A stretch of 64,000 nucleotides of DNA from Cenarchaeum sp. (GTDB taxonomy: Archaea > Thermoproteota > Nitrososphaeria > Nitrososphaerales > Nitrosopumilaceae): positions 384,001 to 448,000 of the forward strand of contig OY843768.1 of NCBI GenBank assembly GCA_963693095.2, given 5' to 3'. Positions 45,520 through 56,473 of the stretch are shown here, piece after piece. The translations under genes were made by a program, and so were the position numbers. A model generated the notes under the pieces. It made no database searches and had not been told where the DNA came from. It worked only from the letters and a program-made list of their open reading frames with translations. Positions within the stretch are counted from its first letter, which is position 1. Each line of letters opens with the position of its first letter.

Positions 45520-46386
45520 TCAGTACCTTGGCAGGATGCTGAGCCGAGACCTTGCGCTTACGGCCACTATGGATATTATGGCCACTGCGAGGACGAGCAT
45601 GGCGACTGTGCCAAACTCTGGGACGATAAAGCTCCCGATTATCTCTATGACCTGACCCTCGCCCGCAAAGAAGCTGATGACTAGGTTGCGAGTCGTGGGG
45701 TCATTGGTCTCGACTGCATCGACTATCTCGCCGTCGATCAGGACGCTAAAGGGAACGTCATCGCCCTCGGCACCAGCTGTCCTAGAGTCAAGTATGCTTC
45801 TGGGTATGCTGATAGTCAGGCTTCCGTCATCAGACGCGTTGACCACTATATCGATTGAGGGTGAGCCGCTTGCGCCTGGGGCTATGCTGACTACCTCGCC
45901 GCCAACGATCTCAAAGACCACGCCGGCTAGCATGGCGTCTATTGGAGAGACAGGCTCTGGCTCTGGCTCAGGCGTGGGTGCGCCGCCGCCATACTCTATG
46001 GTCGTCGTTGCCTTGAGCGAGCCTGTTGGGCCATAGGTAGCCGTTACCGTGTATGTTCCGGGGTTTGCCCATAGGGGACCGCCTGCCGTGAACTCTACTG
46101 CGAACTGGTTGTTCTCAACGCTCGGCTGGGCAAAAAGGACGCGATTGCCGTTGGGCGCCGTGACGAATATGGTGAGCGCGCCCTGCTGGGTACTGGTGAC
46201 CATGCCGTTTATCGTGACCCTCTCGCCAGTCGCGTATATGTCTTGGTCAGGAGTGAGCGTTATTGGGGCGCTGGTGACAGGCGAGGCGATCTGGGCGTAC
46301 GAGGAGCCCATGCCAACACTAGACAGCATTATTGCCGAGATGGCGATCGCTGTAATGGCTGCCGCATTCAACGTCCACCCCCCCAA
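45520..46386 (-). CDS. PEFG-CTERM sorting-domain surface protein
   Basis: Signal peptide; IEIIGSFIVPEFGTVAMLVL + TM + basic tail. Confidence 0.92.
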   Translation of the reverse strand: MGGWTLNAAAITAIAISAIMLSSVGMGSSYAQIASPVTSAPITLTPDQDIYATGERVTINGMVTSTQQGALTIFVTAPNGNRVLFAQPSVENNQFAVEFTAGGPLWANPGTYTVTATYGPTGSLKATTTIEYGGGAPTPEPEPEPVSPIDAMLAGVVFEIVGGEVVSIAPGASGSPSIDIVVNASDDGSLTISIPRSILDSRTAGAEGDDVPFSVLIDGEIVDAVETNDPTTRNLVISFFAGEGQVIEIIGSFIVPEFGTVAMLVLAVAIISIVAVSARSRLSILPRY

Positions 46387-46563
46387 AACGTGTGTTATTT
46401 AAGTATACTTTATGAGCCACAACACCTCACGGCCTGTGACATTATTCACCTGTGGGGGCATGATCGCCCCTTAGTATATATTGAGCGTTGCGGGCAGTGC
46501 CCGTAAATTGTTTAGCGAGCAGCCTGCCATGTCCATTGCTGCGCATGGGGGCTGAAAGGACAA

Positions 46564-46812
46564 TTGGTAAAAAAGAACCCCGTTCTAGTTCCCGATCACG
46601 TCTATGTCCCCAGGCACGAGATAGTCTCCAAGGCCGAGGCCGAGGAGGTCATTCGCGAGTACAACTGCCGCCTCACCGAGCTCCCGCTCATATTTGCGAC
46701 CGATCCGGCCATAGTCGGCCTCGGCGTAAAGCCAGGAGACCTGATCAGGATCACGCGCAAGAGCAGCACGGCCGGCGAGAGCGTATACTATCGCTACGTC
46801 GTGGAGGTGTAG
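46564..46812 (+). CDS. rpoH: RNA polymerase subunit Rpo5 (H)
   Basis: HVYVPRHEI, LPLI..TDP and RKSSTAG..YYRYVV motifs. Confidence 0.96.
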   Translation: MVKKNPVLVPDHVYVPRHEIVSKAEAEEVIREYNCRLTELPLIFATDPAIVGLGVKPGDLIRITRKSSTAGESVYYRYVVEV

Positions 46813-46818
46813 GTGGGT

Positions 46819-49800
46819 ATGGCAGACCCCTCTAGCAAGCGATGGCCAATAATCCAGGACATACTGCGGCGCGAGGGCATTGCGCGCCAGCACCTCAACT
46901 CGTTTGACGAGTTTCTCGAGCGCGGGATGCAGAGCATCATTGACGAGGTGAGCCAGATCGAGATCGAGAACGCCGAGTACCCGTACCGGATACAACTGGG
47001 CAAGATAAAGCGCAAAAAGCCGCGCATGATGGAGCTTGATGGGTCTATCACGAGCATAACGCCGGCCGAGGCCCGGTTGCGCAACGTCACGTACGCCGCG
47101 CCGATTCACGTCGAGGCGCACGTGATCGAGGACAACAAGGTTCTCGAGACAAAGGACATACACGTCGGTGACATACCGGTAATGATAAAGTCGAGCATGT
47201 GCGTGCTTAACGGATACAGCGACGAAAAGCTGATAGAGTATGGCGAGGACACGCGCGACCCTGGCGGATACTTTGTCATCAACGGCTCTGAGCGCGTCAT
47301 CGTCGGCCTGGAGGATCTCTCCTACAACAAGATCATCGTTGACAAGGACAAGGTCAGCAACAACATTGTCCACAAGGCAAAGGTCTACTCGTCGATAATC
47401 GGATACCGCTCAAAGCTAGAGCTCTTGATGAAAAAGGACGACCTTATCGTTGCGCGCATACCCGGCTCGCCAGTTGACATTCCGGTGATTACGCTAATGC
47501 GCGCACTCGGCGTGGAGTCTGACAAGGACATCGCCTCGACAGTCTCGCTCGTCGATGCGATAAGCAACGAGCTAGAGGCGTCGTTCGAAAAGTCCAGCGA
47601 CGTGCTGACATCCAAGGATGCCATAGTGTACATCAGCAAGAGGATAGCGCCGGGCATGCTCGAGGAGTTCCAGATAAAGCGCGCCGAGACGCTACTTGAC
47701 TGGAGCCTCCTGCCGCACCTTGGCAAGCATCCCGAGAACCGCAAGGAGAAGGCGCGATTCCTCGGCGAGGCCGCATGCAAGCTGTTGGAGCTAAAGCTCG
47801 GCTGGATAGAGCCTGATGACAAGGATCACTATGGCAACAAGGTCGTAAAGTTCGCCGGCCAGATGCTCGCAGACCTCTTTAGGACCGCGTTTCGCAGCCT
47901 CGTGCGCGACATGAAGTACCAGCTCGAGCGCTCCGGCCAAAAGCGCGGAATCAACGCAGTCGCCGCAGCAGTCAGGCCCGGCATAATATCGGACAAGCTC
48001 AACAACGCCATAGCGACGGGCAACTGGGGCCGCGGGCGCATGGGAGTCACGCAGCTCCTAGACCGCACAAACTACCTCTCGACGATCAGCCACCTCCGGC
48101 GCATCCAGTCCCCGCTCAGCCGCACGCAGCCAAACTTTGAGGCGCGTGACCTCCACGCGACGCACTTTGGCCGCATATGCCCGAGCGAGACGCCAGAGGG
48201 CTCCAACTGTGGACTCGTAAAGAACCTCGCGCTCTCGGCGCTAATCTCGGTTCACGTGTCTCCCGAGGAGGTCATCGAGCGCCTCTACAGCATGGGCGTG
48301 ACTGTCTTTGATGACACAAAAGATGACGTAAAGCGAAGCGGCACGCGCATATTTGTTGACGGCAAGCTGATTGGATACCACAAGGACGGACAGAACCTTG
48401 CTGACACGATGCGCGAGCTGCGCCGCTCGGGCAAGCTCCACGCGCACATTGGAATCTCGATACAAAAGCCGGCAGCCGAGGGCGCAACGTCGCGTCTCTA
48501 TGTCAACTGTAACGCCGGCCGCGTCATGCGCCCACTCGTCGTCATAAAGGACGGCCGCTCGCTTCTGGCACCGGAGATGCTCGAAAAGGTCGAAAAGCGC
48601 GTCATCCCGTGGACGGACTTGCTGCGCGACGGCATTATAGAGCTCATCGACGCAAACGAGGAGGAGAACTATTACATCACGCTAAACGACAGGGAAACCA
48701 AAAAGTACACGCACCTCGAGATATTCACGTCGGCGATACTCGGTGTTGGCGCCTCGATAATACCGTATCCAGAGCACAACCAGTCGCCAAGGAACACGTA
48801 CGAGTCGGCCATGGCAAAGCAGAGCCTCGGATTCTCGACGCCGGTGATGAACACGAGCACGTACGTGCGGCAGCACTTTATGCTATATCCGCAGGTTCCA
48901 ATAGTCACGACAAAGGCGATGAACCTCCTGAGCCTCGAGGAGAGGCCGGCCGGCCAGAACTGCGTCGTGGCGGTCCTCCCCTTTGACGGGTACAACATTG
49001 AGGACGCCATTGTGCTCAGCAAGTCCTCTGTCGAGCGCGGCCTGGCCCGCACGTTCTTTTATCGCATCTATGACGCCGAGGCAAAGCAGTATCCCGGCGG
49101 CATGCGCGACTCCTTTGAGATACCGAGGGCTGACGAGAACGTGCGCGGCTACAAGGGGGACAGGTCGTACCGCCTCCTCGAGGCCGACGGCGTCGTGGCC
49201 TCAGAGGCCGAGGTGACCGGAGGCGATGTCCTTATCGGCAAGACGAGCCCGCCACGGTTCATGGAGGAGTACCGCGAGTTCGAGTCGAGTGGCCCCTACA
49301 GGCGCGACACGTCAGTCGGCGTGAGGCCGTCTGAGGGCGGCATGGTCGACACCGTGGTCATGACGCAGTCTGATGAGGGCGGGCGGATGTACAAGATTCG
49401 CGTGCGCGACATGCGCGTGCCGGAGATCGGCGACAAGTTCGCCTCGCGCCACGGCCAAAAGGGCGTCCTTGGCATACTCGCAAAGTGCGAGGACCTCCCG
49501 TACACAAAGGAGGGCGTCTCCCCTGACGTTCTCATCAACCCGCACGCGTTCCCGTCACGAATGACTGTCGGCATGTTCATGGAGTCGATCACCGGCAAGG
49601 CCGCAGCGCTGCGCGGCTCAAAGTTTGACGGCTCGGCGTTTGTGGGCGAAAAGATGGACGAGGTAAAGCAGGCCATGGAGACGCAGGGCTTCAAGTACTC
49701 GGGCAAGGAGGTCATGTACGATGGGCGCACCGGCCGACCGTTTGACGTCGAGGTCTTTATCGGCGTAGTCTATTACCAAAAGCTCCACCACATGGTAGCT

Positions 49801-50166
49801 GACAAGATACACGCGCGTGCGCGTGGACAGGTTCAGATGCTCACAAAGCAGCCCACCGAGGGGCGCGCACGCGGTGGCGGCCTGCGCTTTGGGGAGATGG
49901 AGCGCGACTGCCTCATCGCGTACGGCGCATCGATGATACTAAAGGACAGGCTACTCGACGAGTCTGACAAGTCCTCTGTCTATGTATGTGAGCGCTGCGG
50001 GCTAGTCGCATACCATGACGTAAAGATGCGCCGCTATGTCTGCAGGGTCTGCGGCGACAAGGCAAAGGTGTCCTCAGTGTCAGTAGCCTATGCGTTCAAG
50101 CTGCTCTTGCAGGAGATGCAGAGCCTCAACGTCGCGCCGAGGCTGCTCATCAGGGAGAGGGTCTGA
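46819..50166 (+). CDS. rpoB: RNA polymerase subunit Rpo2 (B), unsplit
   Basis: ETPEGSNCGL, GDKFASRHGQKG, KLHHMVADKIHAR and GLRFGEMERD motifs. Confidence 0.98.
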   Translation: MADPSSKRWPIIQDILRREGIARQHLNSFDEFLERGMQSIIDEVSQIEIENAEYPYRIQLGKIKRKKPRMMELDGSITSITPAEARLRNVTYAAPIHVEAHVIEDNKVLETKDIHVGDIPVMIKSSMCVLNGYSDEKLIEYGEDTRDPGGYFVINGSERVIVGLEDLSYNKIIVDKDKVSNNIVHKAKVYSSIIGYRSKLELLMKKDDLIVARIPGSPVDIPVITLMRALGVESDKDIASTVSLVDAISNELEASFEKSSDVLTSKDAIVYISKRIAPGMLEEFQIKRAETLLDWSLLPHLGKHPENRKEKARFLGEAACKLLELKLGWIEPDDKDHYGNKVVKFAGQMLADLFRTAFRSLVRDMKYQLERSGQKRGINAVAAAVRPGIISDKLNNAIATGNWGRGRMGVTQLLDRTNYLSTISHLRRIQSPLSRTQPNFEARDLHATHFGRICPSETPEGSNCGLVKNLALSALISVHVSPEEVIERLYSMGVTVFDDTKDDVKRSGTRIFVDGKLIGYHKDGQNLADTMRELRRSGKLHAHIGISIQKPAAEGATSRLYVNCNAGRVMRPLVVIKDGRSLLAPEMLEKVEKRVIPWTDLLRDGIIELIDANEEENYYITLNDRETKKYTHLEIFTSAILGVGASIIPYPEHNQSPRNTYESAMAKQSLGFSTPVMNTSTYVRQHFMLYPQVPIVTTKAMNLLSLEERPAGQNCVVAVLPFDGYNIEDAIVLSKSSVERGLARTFFYRIYDAEAKQYPGGMRDSFEIPRADENVRGYKGDRSYRLLEADGVVASEAEVTGGDVLIGKTSPPRFMEEYREFESSGPYRRDTSVGVRPSEGGMVDTVVMTQSDEGGRMYKIRVRDMRVPEIGDKFASRHGQKGVLGILAKCEDLPYTKEGVSPDVLINPHAFPSRMTVGMFMESITGKAAALRGSKFDGSAFVGEKMDEVKQAMETQGFKYSGKEVMYDGRTGRPFDVEVFIGVVYYQKLHHMVADKIHARARGQVQMLTKQPTEGRARGGGLRFGEMERDCLIAYGASMILKDRLLDESDKSSVYVCERCGLVAYHDVKMRRYVCRVCGDKAKVSSVSVAYAFKLLLQEMQSLNVAPRLLIRERV

Positions 50167-50167
50167 C

Positions 50168-53100
50168 ATGTCGTTCCAGTCAACAAAGTCAATAGACGGC
50201 ATACGCTTCTCGGTCTGGTCGCCAACGGAGATACGCAAGTACTCTGTGGCCGAGATAACGGCGCCCGAGACATACGACGAGGACGGCATGGCGGTCCAGG
50301 GTGGCCTCATGGACGGCCGGCTCGGGACGCTCGAGCCGGGCCAAAAGTGCCTCACGTGCGGCAACACGAGCGCGCGCTGCCCTGGCCACTTTGGCCACAT
50401 AGAGCTCGCCGAGCCGGTGTTTCACATCGCGTTTATCGACAACATCTACAAGCTCCTCCTCATGACGTGCCGCTCGTGCTCGCGCCTAAAGATACCGCAG
50501 GACCACCTCGACGAGTATGCGCGCGTAAAGGCGCGCGAGGCCGCCTATACGATCGTGTCACAAAAGCACATCCCGGAGAGCATACTCGAAAAGTCCCGCA
50601 AGGCAAAAGAGTGCCCGCATTGCGGAAAGGCCCAGTACGAGCTCATATTCACAAAGCCGACCAACTTTATCGAAAAGACCGAGGCCGGCGAGAACAGGCT
50701 CCTCCCCATGACCATACGCGCGCGCTTTTTCCAGATACCGGACTCTGACCTCAACCTTCTCGGCTATGATCCCGGCACGGCGCGACCCGAGTGGTTTGTC
50801 CTCCAGGCGCTGCCAGTCGCACCCGTGACGGTGCGCCCATCGATAATACTCGAGACCGGAATACGCTCCGAGGACGACCTCACGCACAAGATGGTCGATA
50901 TCATACGCGTAAACCAGCGCCTAAAGGAGAGCAAGGAGGCCGGCACGCCGCCGCTCATTGTGCAGGATCTCGTGGACCTACTCCAGTACCACGCAACGAC
51001 ATACTTTGACAACGAGGTCTCTGGCATCCCGCAGGCCCACCACCGCTCGGGCCGGCCGCTAAAGACGCTCACGCAGAGGCTAAAGGGCAAGGAGGGACGC
51101 TTTAGGGGCTCGCTGTCCGGCAAGCGCGTGGACTTTTCGAGCCGCACGGTCATATCGCCTGACCCAAACCTTGACCTCTCTGAGGTCGGCGTCCCGACAT
51201 ACATCGCGACAAAGCTCACGATACCCGAGATCGTCACCGAGTGGAACATTGCGCGAATCAGGCAGCTCGTCAACAATGGTCCGGACACCTATCCGGGCGT
51301 CAACTATATCGTGCGCCCCGACGGCGTAAAGATACGCCTCGACTTTGTCGAGGATCGCGCCTCGATCGCCGAGTCGATCGAGGTCGGCTATCGCATAGAG
51401 CGCCACCTCCTTGACGGCGACATTGTCATGTTCAACCGGCAGCCCTCGCTGCACCAGATGTCCATAATGGCCCACTATGTCAAGGTCCTCCCCGGCAAGA
51501 CGTTCCGTCTCCACCCGTCTGTCTGCCCGCCCTACAACGCCGACTTTGACGGGGACGAGATGAACCTCCACGTGCCGCAGAGCGAGGAGGCGCGGGCCGA
51601 GGCCATGCTCCTGATGAGGGTCCAGGACCAGATAATATCGCCTAGGTACGGCGGCCCGATAATTGGCGCGCTGCGTGACTTTGTGACCGGCGCGTACCTG
51701 CTCACGCGTGATGAGACGCACCTGTCAGCCGTCGACTTTGCCAACTATGCCATGCTCGGCGGATACGCCAGCGAGCTGCCCAAGCCGGCGACAAAGGGGC
51801 CGGGCGGCGAGCCGCTCTATACGGGCAAGCAGCTCTTTTCGCTCTTTCTTCCGGCCGACTTTAACTATGTCATGACGTCAAAGTGGGCACGCGGAACCTC
51901 TGGCTCAAAGCAGGACATTGTCATAAAGAACGGCGAGCTCATCAGCGGCGTCATCGACAAGGCGTCGATCGGCGCCGAGGAGCCCGAGAGCGTCCTTCAC
52001 AGGATCGCCAAGGACTATAGCAATGTGCAGGCAAAGACGTTCCTCAACTCTATACTCATAATCGCAAAGCAGTTCATAACGCACTATGGGTTCAGCTATG
52101 GCTACTCTGACCTCGAGATGCCCGAAAAGATGCGCGCAAAGATACTCGACAACATCAATGAGAGCTATGACAGGGTGTCAGAGCTCATCATGCAGAAAAA
52201 GCGCGGCACGCTCACCGCCACGCGCGGCCTCTCCGAGGACGCATCCCTTGAGGTCTATATCGTCAACGAGCTCTCAAAGGCGCGTGACAAGGCCGGCGGC
52301 ATCGCAGACCAGGCCTTTGACGAGTCCAACTCTGGGCGCATCATGGCGACAACTGGCGCGCGCGGCTCCTCGCTCAACATAGGCCAGATGGCCGGCGCGC
52401 TGGGCCAGCAGTCGCGCCGTGGCCAGCGCCTCCTCAAGGGGTACGGCGACCGTGCCCTCTCGCACTATCGGCCATATGACGACAATCCGGACTCGCACGG
52501 GTTTGTAAAGTCAAACTACCGTGACGGCCTGTCGGCCCTCGAGTTCTTCTTCCACGCGATGGCCGGACGCGAGGGTCTCGTCGACACGGCCGTGCGCACG
52601 CAGCAGAGCGGCTACATGCAGCGCCGGCTCATCAACGCCCTAGAGCACATACGCCTAGAGTATGACGGGACCGTGAGGGATCCGCACGGCCACATCATAC
52701 AGTTCCTCTACGGCGAGGACGGCATCGATGTCGCAAAGAGTGACCACGGCGAGGCGTTCAACATCGCGAGGCTCATCGAGTCCGAGAGAATAGTCGACAG
52801 CGGCAAAAAGGCCGTGCCTGCCGAGGTCGCCGCCGTGACCAAAAAGTACACGCGAACCTTCAACACAAAGCTAAAGTCAGAGGTCTCCGAGTCGATGGCC
52901 GACTCGGGCATAAGCCTCGATGGGGTCGAAAAGGTCTGCCGCAAGGGCCTTGAGCTCTACAACAGGGCAAAGGTCGAGCCAGGACAGGCCGTCGGCATCG
53001 TCACTGCGCAGTCACTCGGAGAGCCGGGCACGCAGATGACGCTGCGCACGTTCCACTTTGCCGGAATCAGGGAGCGAAACGTCACGCTTGGCCTCCCGCG

Positions 53101-53959
53101 CCTCATAGAGCTCGTCGACGCGCGCAAAAAGCCGACGACGCCGACGATGGACATCTACCTCGAGGACTCGATAAAGGCCGACAAGGACCAGGCCATCGCA
53201 GTCGCAAAGAACGTCCTGCAGACGAGGGTAAAGTCGCTCGTGACGTCGCAGACGGACTATACGACACAGATAACGCTGCGCCTTGATGAGGACATGATGC
53301 GCGAGCGCGACGTGACTGCAGCCGATATCGAGATTGCGCTCTCGTCAAACAAAAAGTTCAAGATTGAGGCGAGCGCCTCGACGATGGTCCTAAAGTTCGT
53401 CGAGGCGACTGACACGCAGGGCGCACTTGCCATACTAGACAAGGTTCGCAACGCGACTGTAAAGGGGGTCCCTGACGTCGAGCGCATCACGCTGATCCAG
53501 AGCGACGGCGAGTGGGTCATCCAGACCACGGGCTCAAACCTCGCCGGCGTCCTCAAGGTCGAGGGGATAAACCGCCGCAAGGTTCGCACAAACAACGTCA
53601 TGGAGATAGCCGAGACGTTGGGAATAGAGGCCGCGCGCAATGCGCTAATCAGCGAGCTCAACTCGACGCTCGAGGACCAGGGTCTCGAGGTGGATGACCG
53701 CTACATCATGCTAGTCGCCGACCTGATGTGCTCGCGCGGTTACATGCAGCAGATAGGGCGCCACGGCGTCGCCGGAACAAAGGACAGCGTCCTTGCGCGC
53801 GCCGCATTTGAGATTACTGTCCCGACGATTGCGCGCGCGGCCCTTGGCGGCGAGGTCGAGCGCCTGCGCGGCGTCACCGAGAATGTCATCGTTGGCAGCA
53901 ACATACCAATTGGAAGCGGAACCGTGGACCTGTACATGCAGGTCTCAAAGAGGCGATAG
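50168..53959 (+). CDS. rpoA: RNA polymerase subunit Rpo1 (fused A'+A'')
   Basis: CPGHFGHIEL and NADFDGDEMN (A'), and GEPGTQMTLRTFH (A'') all lie in one ORF. Confidence 0.97.
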   Translation: MSFQSTKSIDGIRFSVWSPTEIRKYSVAEITAPETYDEDGMAVQGGLMDGRLGTLEPGQKCLTCGNTSARCPGHFGHIELAEPVFHIAFIDNIYKLLLMTCRSCSRLKIPQDHLDEYARVKAREAAYTIVSQKHIPESILEKSRKAKECPHCGKAQYELIFTKPTNFIEKTEAGENRLLPMTIRARFFQIPDSDLNLLGYDPGTARPEWFVLQALPVAPVTVRPSIILETGIRSEDDLTHKMVDIIRVNQRLKESKEAGTPPLIVQDLVDLLQYHATTYFDNEVSGIPQAHHRSGRPLKTLTQRLKGKEGRFRGSLSGKRVDFSSRTVISPDPNLDLSEVGVPTYIATKLTIPEIVTEWNIARIRQLVNNGPDTYPGVNYIVRPDGVKIRLDFVEDRASIAESIEVGYRIERHLLDGDIVMFNRQPSLHQMSIMAHYVKVLPGKTFRLHPSVCPPYNADFDGDEMNLHVPQSEEARAEAMLLMRVQDQIISPRYGGPIIGALRDFVTGAYLLTRDETHLSAVDFANYAMLGGYASELPKPATKGPGGEPLYTGKQLFSLFLPADFNYVMTSKWARGTSGSKQDIVIKNGELISGVIDKASIGAEEPESVLHRIAKDYSNVQAKTFLNSILIIAKQFITHYGFSYGYSDLEMPEKMRAKILDNINESYDRVSELIMQKKRGTLTATRGLSEDASLEVYIVNELSKARDKAGGIADQAFDESNSGRIMATTGARGSSLNIGQMAGALGQQSRRGQRLLKGYGDRALSHYRPYDDNPDSHGFVKSNYRDGLSALEFFFHAMAGREGLVDTAVRTQQSGYMQRRLINALEHIRLEYDGTVRDPHGHIIQFLYGEDGIDVAKSDHGEAFNIARLIESERIVDSGKKAVPAEVAAVTKKYTRTFNTKLKSEVSESMADSGISLDGVEKVCRKGLELYNRAKVEPGQAVGIVTAQSLGEPGTQMTLRTFHFAGIRERNVTLGLPRLIELVDARKKPTTPTMDIYLEDSIKADKDQAIAVAKNVLQTRVKSLVTSQTDYTTQITLRLDEDMMRERDVTAADIEIALSSNKKFKIEASASTMVLKFVEATDTQGALAILDKVRNATVKGVPDVERITLIQSDGEWVIQTTGSNLAGVLKVEGINRRKVRTNNVMEIAETLGIEAARNALISELNSTLEDQGLEVDDRYIMLVADLMCSRGYMQQIGRHGVAGTKDSVLARAAFEITVPTIARAALGGEVERLRGVTENVIVGSNIPIGSGTVDLYMQVSKRR

Positions 53960-54005
53960 GTGCCATGGCGCATGGGCTTTTCACTCTGGGGGCAGGTAAC
54001 TAGCG

Positions 54006-54305
54006 ATGGCCACTGCACTCCAAAAGGCGCTAAAAGAGTCGCTAAAGGACAAACAGTGCGCACTGGGCGCGCGCGCCGTTGGCGCGTCGATCGCAAAGAG
54101 CAAGCTGGTCATCGTCTCGACCTCGGCCCCGTCCTCGCTTAACGAGTCTGCCGAGTCAGCCGGCGTGCCAGTCGTGAGCCTGGACTCTACGTCCGTTGAG
54201 CTCGGGCGCCTCTGCGGGCGCCAGCACCGCGTCTCGGCGATCTCTTTCACAAAGCTTGCAGCGGCGAGCGTAAAGGCCATCATGGGGGAGCACTCGCGGG
54301 AATGA
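54006..54305 (+). CDS. rpl30e: 50S ribosomal protein L30e
   Basis: LGAR...KLVI...SVELGRLCG; canonical position between rpoA and nusA. Confidence 0.85.
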   Translation: MATALQKALKESLKDKQCALGARAVGASIAKSKLVIVSTSAPSSLNESAESAGVPVVSLDSTSVELGRLCGRQHRVSAISFTKLAAASVKAIMGEHSRE

Positions 54306-54763
54306 CCGAGATAAGGATCACGCAGGACCAGCTCCGCCTCATGTCTATCTTTGAGGGCAAGACGCACGTTGCGGCCCGCGACTGCGTCGAGGACGAAAAG
54401 CATGACAGGCTAATCTTTGTGGTCGACGAGGGCAAGGTTGCTGCAGCCATCGGCAAGGGGGGCTCGTCGATTCGCGCCGCGCAGAACGCCATGGGACGCA
54501 ACGTCGAGATCGTCGAGTATGCCGACGATCCGGCGCGCTTTGTGGCCAACGTGCTCAACCGCAAGCTCGTCAGCAACGTAAGGATAAATAGGCGCGACGA
54601 TGGCACGCTTGCCGCTACAGTCATGGTGGAACCCGACAAGAAGGCACTTGCGATAGGCCGCGAGGGGCGCAACGCCTCAAAGGCGCGCCTACTGGCGCAG
54701 CGCCACTTTGGGATAACGAGCGTCTCCATAGAGAACGCCGAGGCGGCGATACAGGAGGCATGA
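54302..54763 (+). CDS. nusA: Archaeal NusA
   Basis: Two KH domains ([14 protein letters not shown]). Confidence 0.93.
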   Translation: MTEIRITQDQLRLMSIFEGKTHVAARDCVEDEKHDRLIFVVDEGKVAAAIGKGGSSIRAAQNAMGRNVEIVEYADDPARFVANVLNRKLVSNVRINRRDDGTLAATVMVEPDKKALAIGREGRNASKARLLAQRHFGITSVSIENAEAAIQEA

Positions 54764-54770
54764 GGGGATA

Positions 54771-55208
54771 ATGGCAAAGTCTCCACTGGGCCTGTTCGCT
54801 GGCCGCGTAATCCGCACAAAGCGCAAGCGCCAGAGGTGGTCAATATCGACGTACAAGAGGAGGCGCCTTGGCCTTGACCGCAAGGCAAACCCGATGGGCG
54901 GCGCGCCACAGGCCCGTGGGATTGTGCTCGAAAAGGTTGGCGTTGAGGCAAAGCAGCCAAACTCGGCGGTTCGCAAGTGCGTGCGCGTGCAGCTCATAAA
55001 GAACGGCAAGTCAGTGACCGCATTCCTTCCGCGTGACGGCGCGATGAACTTTATCGAGGAGCACGACGAGGTTCACATACAGGGCATGGGCGCAACCCAG
55101 GGAGGGGCCATGGGCGACATTCCCGGCGTGCGATTCAAGGTCTTCAAGGTAAACGACACGTCGCTCCACGAGCTCGTCATCGGCAAAAAGGAGAAGCCAC
55201 GGCGATGA
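54771..55208 (+). CDS. rps12: 30S ribosomal protein S12
   Basis: [15 protein letters not shown] and [10 protein letters not shown] motifs. Confidence 0.98.
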   Translation: MAKSPLGLFAGRVIRTKRKRQRWSISTYKRRRLGLDRKANPMGGAPQARGIVLEKVGVEAKQPNSAVRKCVRVQLIKNGKSVTAFLPRDGAMNFIEEHDEVHIQGMGATQGGAMGDIPGVRFKVFKVNDTSLHELVIGKKEKPRR

Positions 55209-55810
55209 CGACCAAGGATGCGCCTGAATTTAGGCTCTTTGGCATATGGGACACGTCAGGCGTTGAGATATCTGACAAGAGCCTCGGGCGCGCAATATCG
55301 CTGCGCAACGTTGTCATGCCAGTCACGTACGGCCGCTCTGCGCTAAAGCGCTTCAACAAGGAGGACGCGCACATAGTCGAGCGCCTCGCAAACAAGATGA
55401 TGCACTTTGGCAAAAAATACGCAAAGAACACTGGCCGCATGGCGGGCAAAAAGATGCGCATATTCAACACGATAAAGGCCGCGTTTGCTATAATCGAGCT
55501 AAAGACGGGGCGCAACCCCGTGGAGATTCTCGTGCGCGCAGTCGAGCACTCGGCGCCCAACGAGGACACGACGAGGATCGTCTACGGCGGAACCGTCTAC
55601 CACGTCTCCGTTGACGTCTCGCCGCTACGCCGCGTGGACCTTGCGCTAAAGTTCATCGCCGACGGGGTTCGCGAGAGCTCCTTCTCCAACCCGCGGTCCA
55701 TAGAGGAGTACCTCGCCGACCACCTCGTGCAGGCCGCCGACAACTCGCCAGACGCGCCATCCGTAAAGCGCAAGCACGAGCTTGAGCGCATAGCGCAGGC
55801 TTCGCGATAG
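55205..55810 (+). CDS. rps7: 30S ribosomal protein S7
   Basis: [19 protein letters not shown] and [10 protein letters not shown] motifs. Confidence 0.97.
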   Translation: MTTKDAPEFRLFGIWDTSGVEISDKSLGRAISLRNVVMPVTYGRSALKRFNKEDAHIVERLANKMMHFGKKYAKNTGRMAGKKMRIFNTIKAAFAIIELKTGRNPVEILVRAVEHSAPNEDTTRIVYGGTVYHVSVDVSPLRRVDLALKFIADGVRESSFSNPRSIEEYLADHLVQAADNSPDAPSVKRKHELERIAQASR

Positions 55811-55892
55811 TCCCGCAGTTGCCGCCGGCATTCTGACGTGGGACAAATGTGTGTCATTGCGCGCATGGCGCACGACCCTATGATGATTGGGG

Positions 55893-56002
55893 TAGCCCGA
55901 GGCAGATTCGAACTGCCGTCCCCGCGTTTCTTCTCTTGAGATCCAGAGCGCGAGATCCATGACCCAGGCGCAATGCCTGATTGGCCGCTAGACTATCGGG
56001 CT
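55893..56002 (-). tRNA. tRNA-Gln(CTG) with two introns (22 nt in the D-loop, 55959-55980; ~15 nt at 37/38, ~55928-55942)
   Basis: AGCCCGA/TCGGGCT acceptor and GGCAG-TTCGAAT-CTGCC T-arm; removing the two inserts gives a 73-nt cloverleaf. Confidence 0.85.
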
Positions 56003-56060
56003 ATGCGAGAGATGCGCAGGGTGGCGCGTTATAACGATTTGCCGGCTTGTGGGCGTGCCC

Positions 56061-56447
56061 TCACTCCTTTCTGAGGCGGAGCGACGCCGAGTTTATGCAG
56101 TAGCGCAGGCCAGTGGGCGCCGGCCCGTCATCAAAGACGTGCCCGAGGTGCGCGCCACACTGCGAGCAGGAGACCTCTGTGCGCAGCATGCCGTGGCTCG
56201 TGTCCTCGCCGGAGGCGACATGACCCTCGCTTGTGGGCCTGAAAAAGCTTGGCCATCCGGTGCCCGAGTCAAACTTTGCGCCTGACTCAAAGAGGCCCTG
56301 GCCGCAGCACGCGCACGAGTACGTGCCGGCGTCCTTGCAGTCATGGTACTCGCCCGAGAACGGCGGCTCGGTCTGGCCGCCAAAACAGACGGCATGGCGC
56401 TCGGCGTCTAGGCTGCGCCTCTTGGCATCGATCTCTGCGGCGTCCAT
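56061..56447 (-). CDS. msrB: Peptide-methionine (R)-S-oxide reductase
   Basis: [25 protein letters not shown] and RYCINS motifs. Confidence 0.96.
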   Translation of the reverse strand: MDAAEIDAKRRSLDAERHAVCFGGQTEPPFSGEYHDCKDAGTYSCACCGQGLFESGAKFDSGTGWPSFFRPTSEGHVASGEDTSHGMLRTEVSCSQCGAHLGHVFDDGPAPTGLRYCINSASLRLRKE

Positions 56448-56473
56448 GCGCCACCGCGCACGCGTGCGCGTAT

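Noticed and set aside
35580-46270. Diversity-generating retroelement TR/VR pair
   Set aside because: There is no reverse transcriptase in the window, both copies are coding, and the differences are not adenine-specific.
50168-53959. Fused RpoA'/A'', topoisomerase IB and double-domain ThyX as novelties
   Set aside because: These are established features of Nitrososphaerota and were used only as lineage markers.
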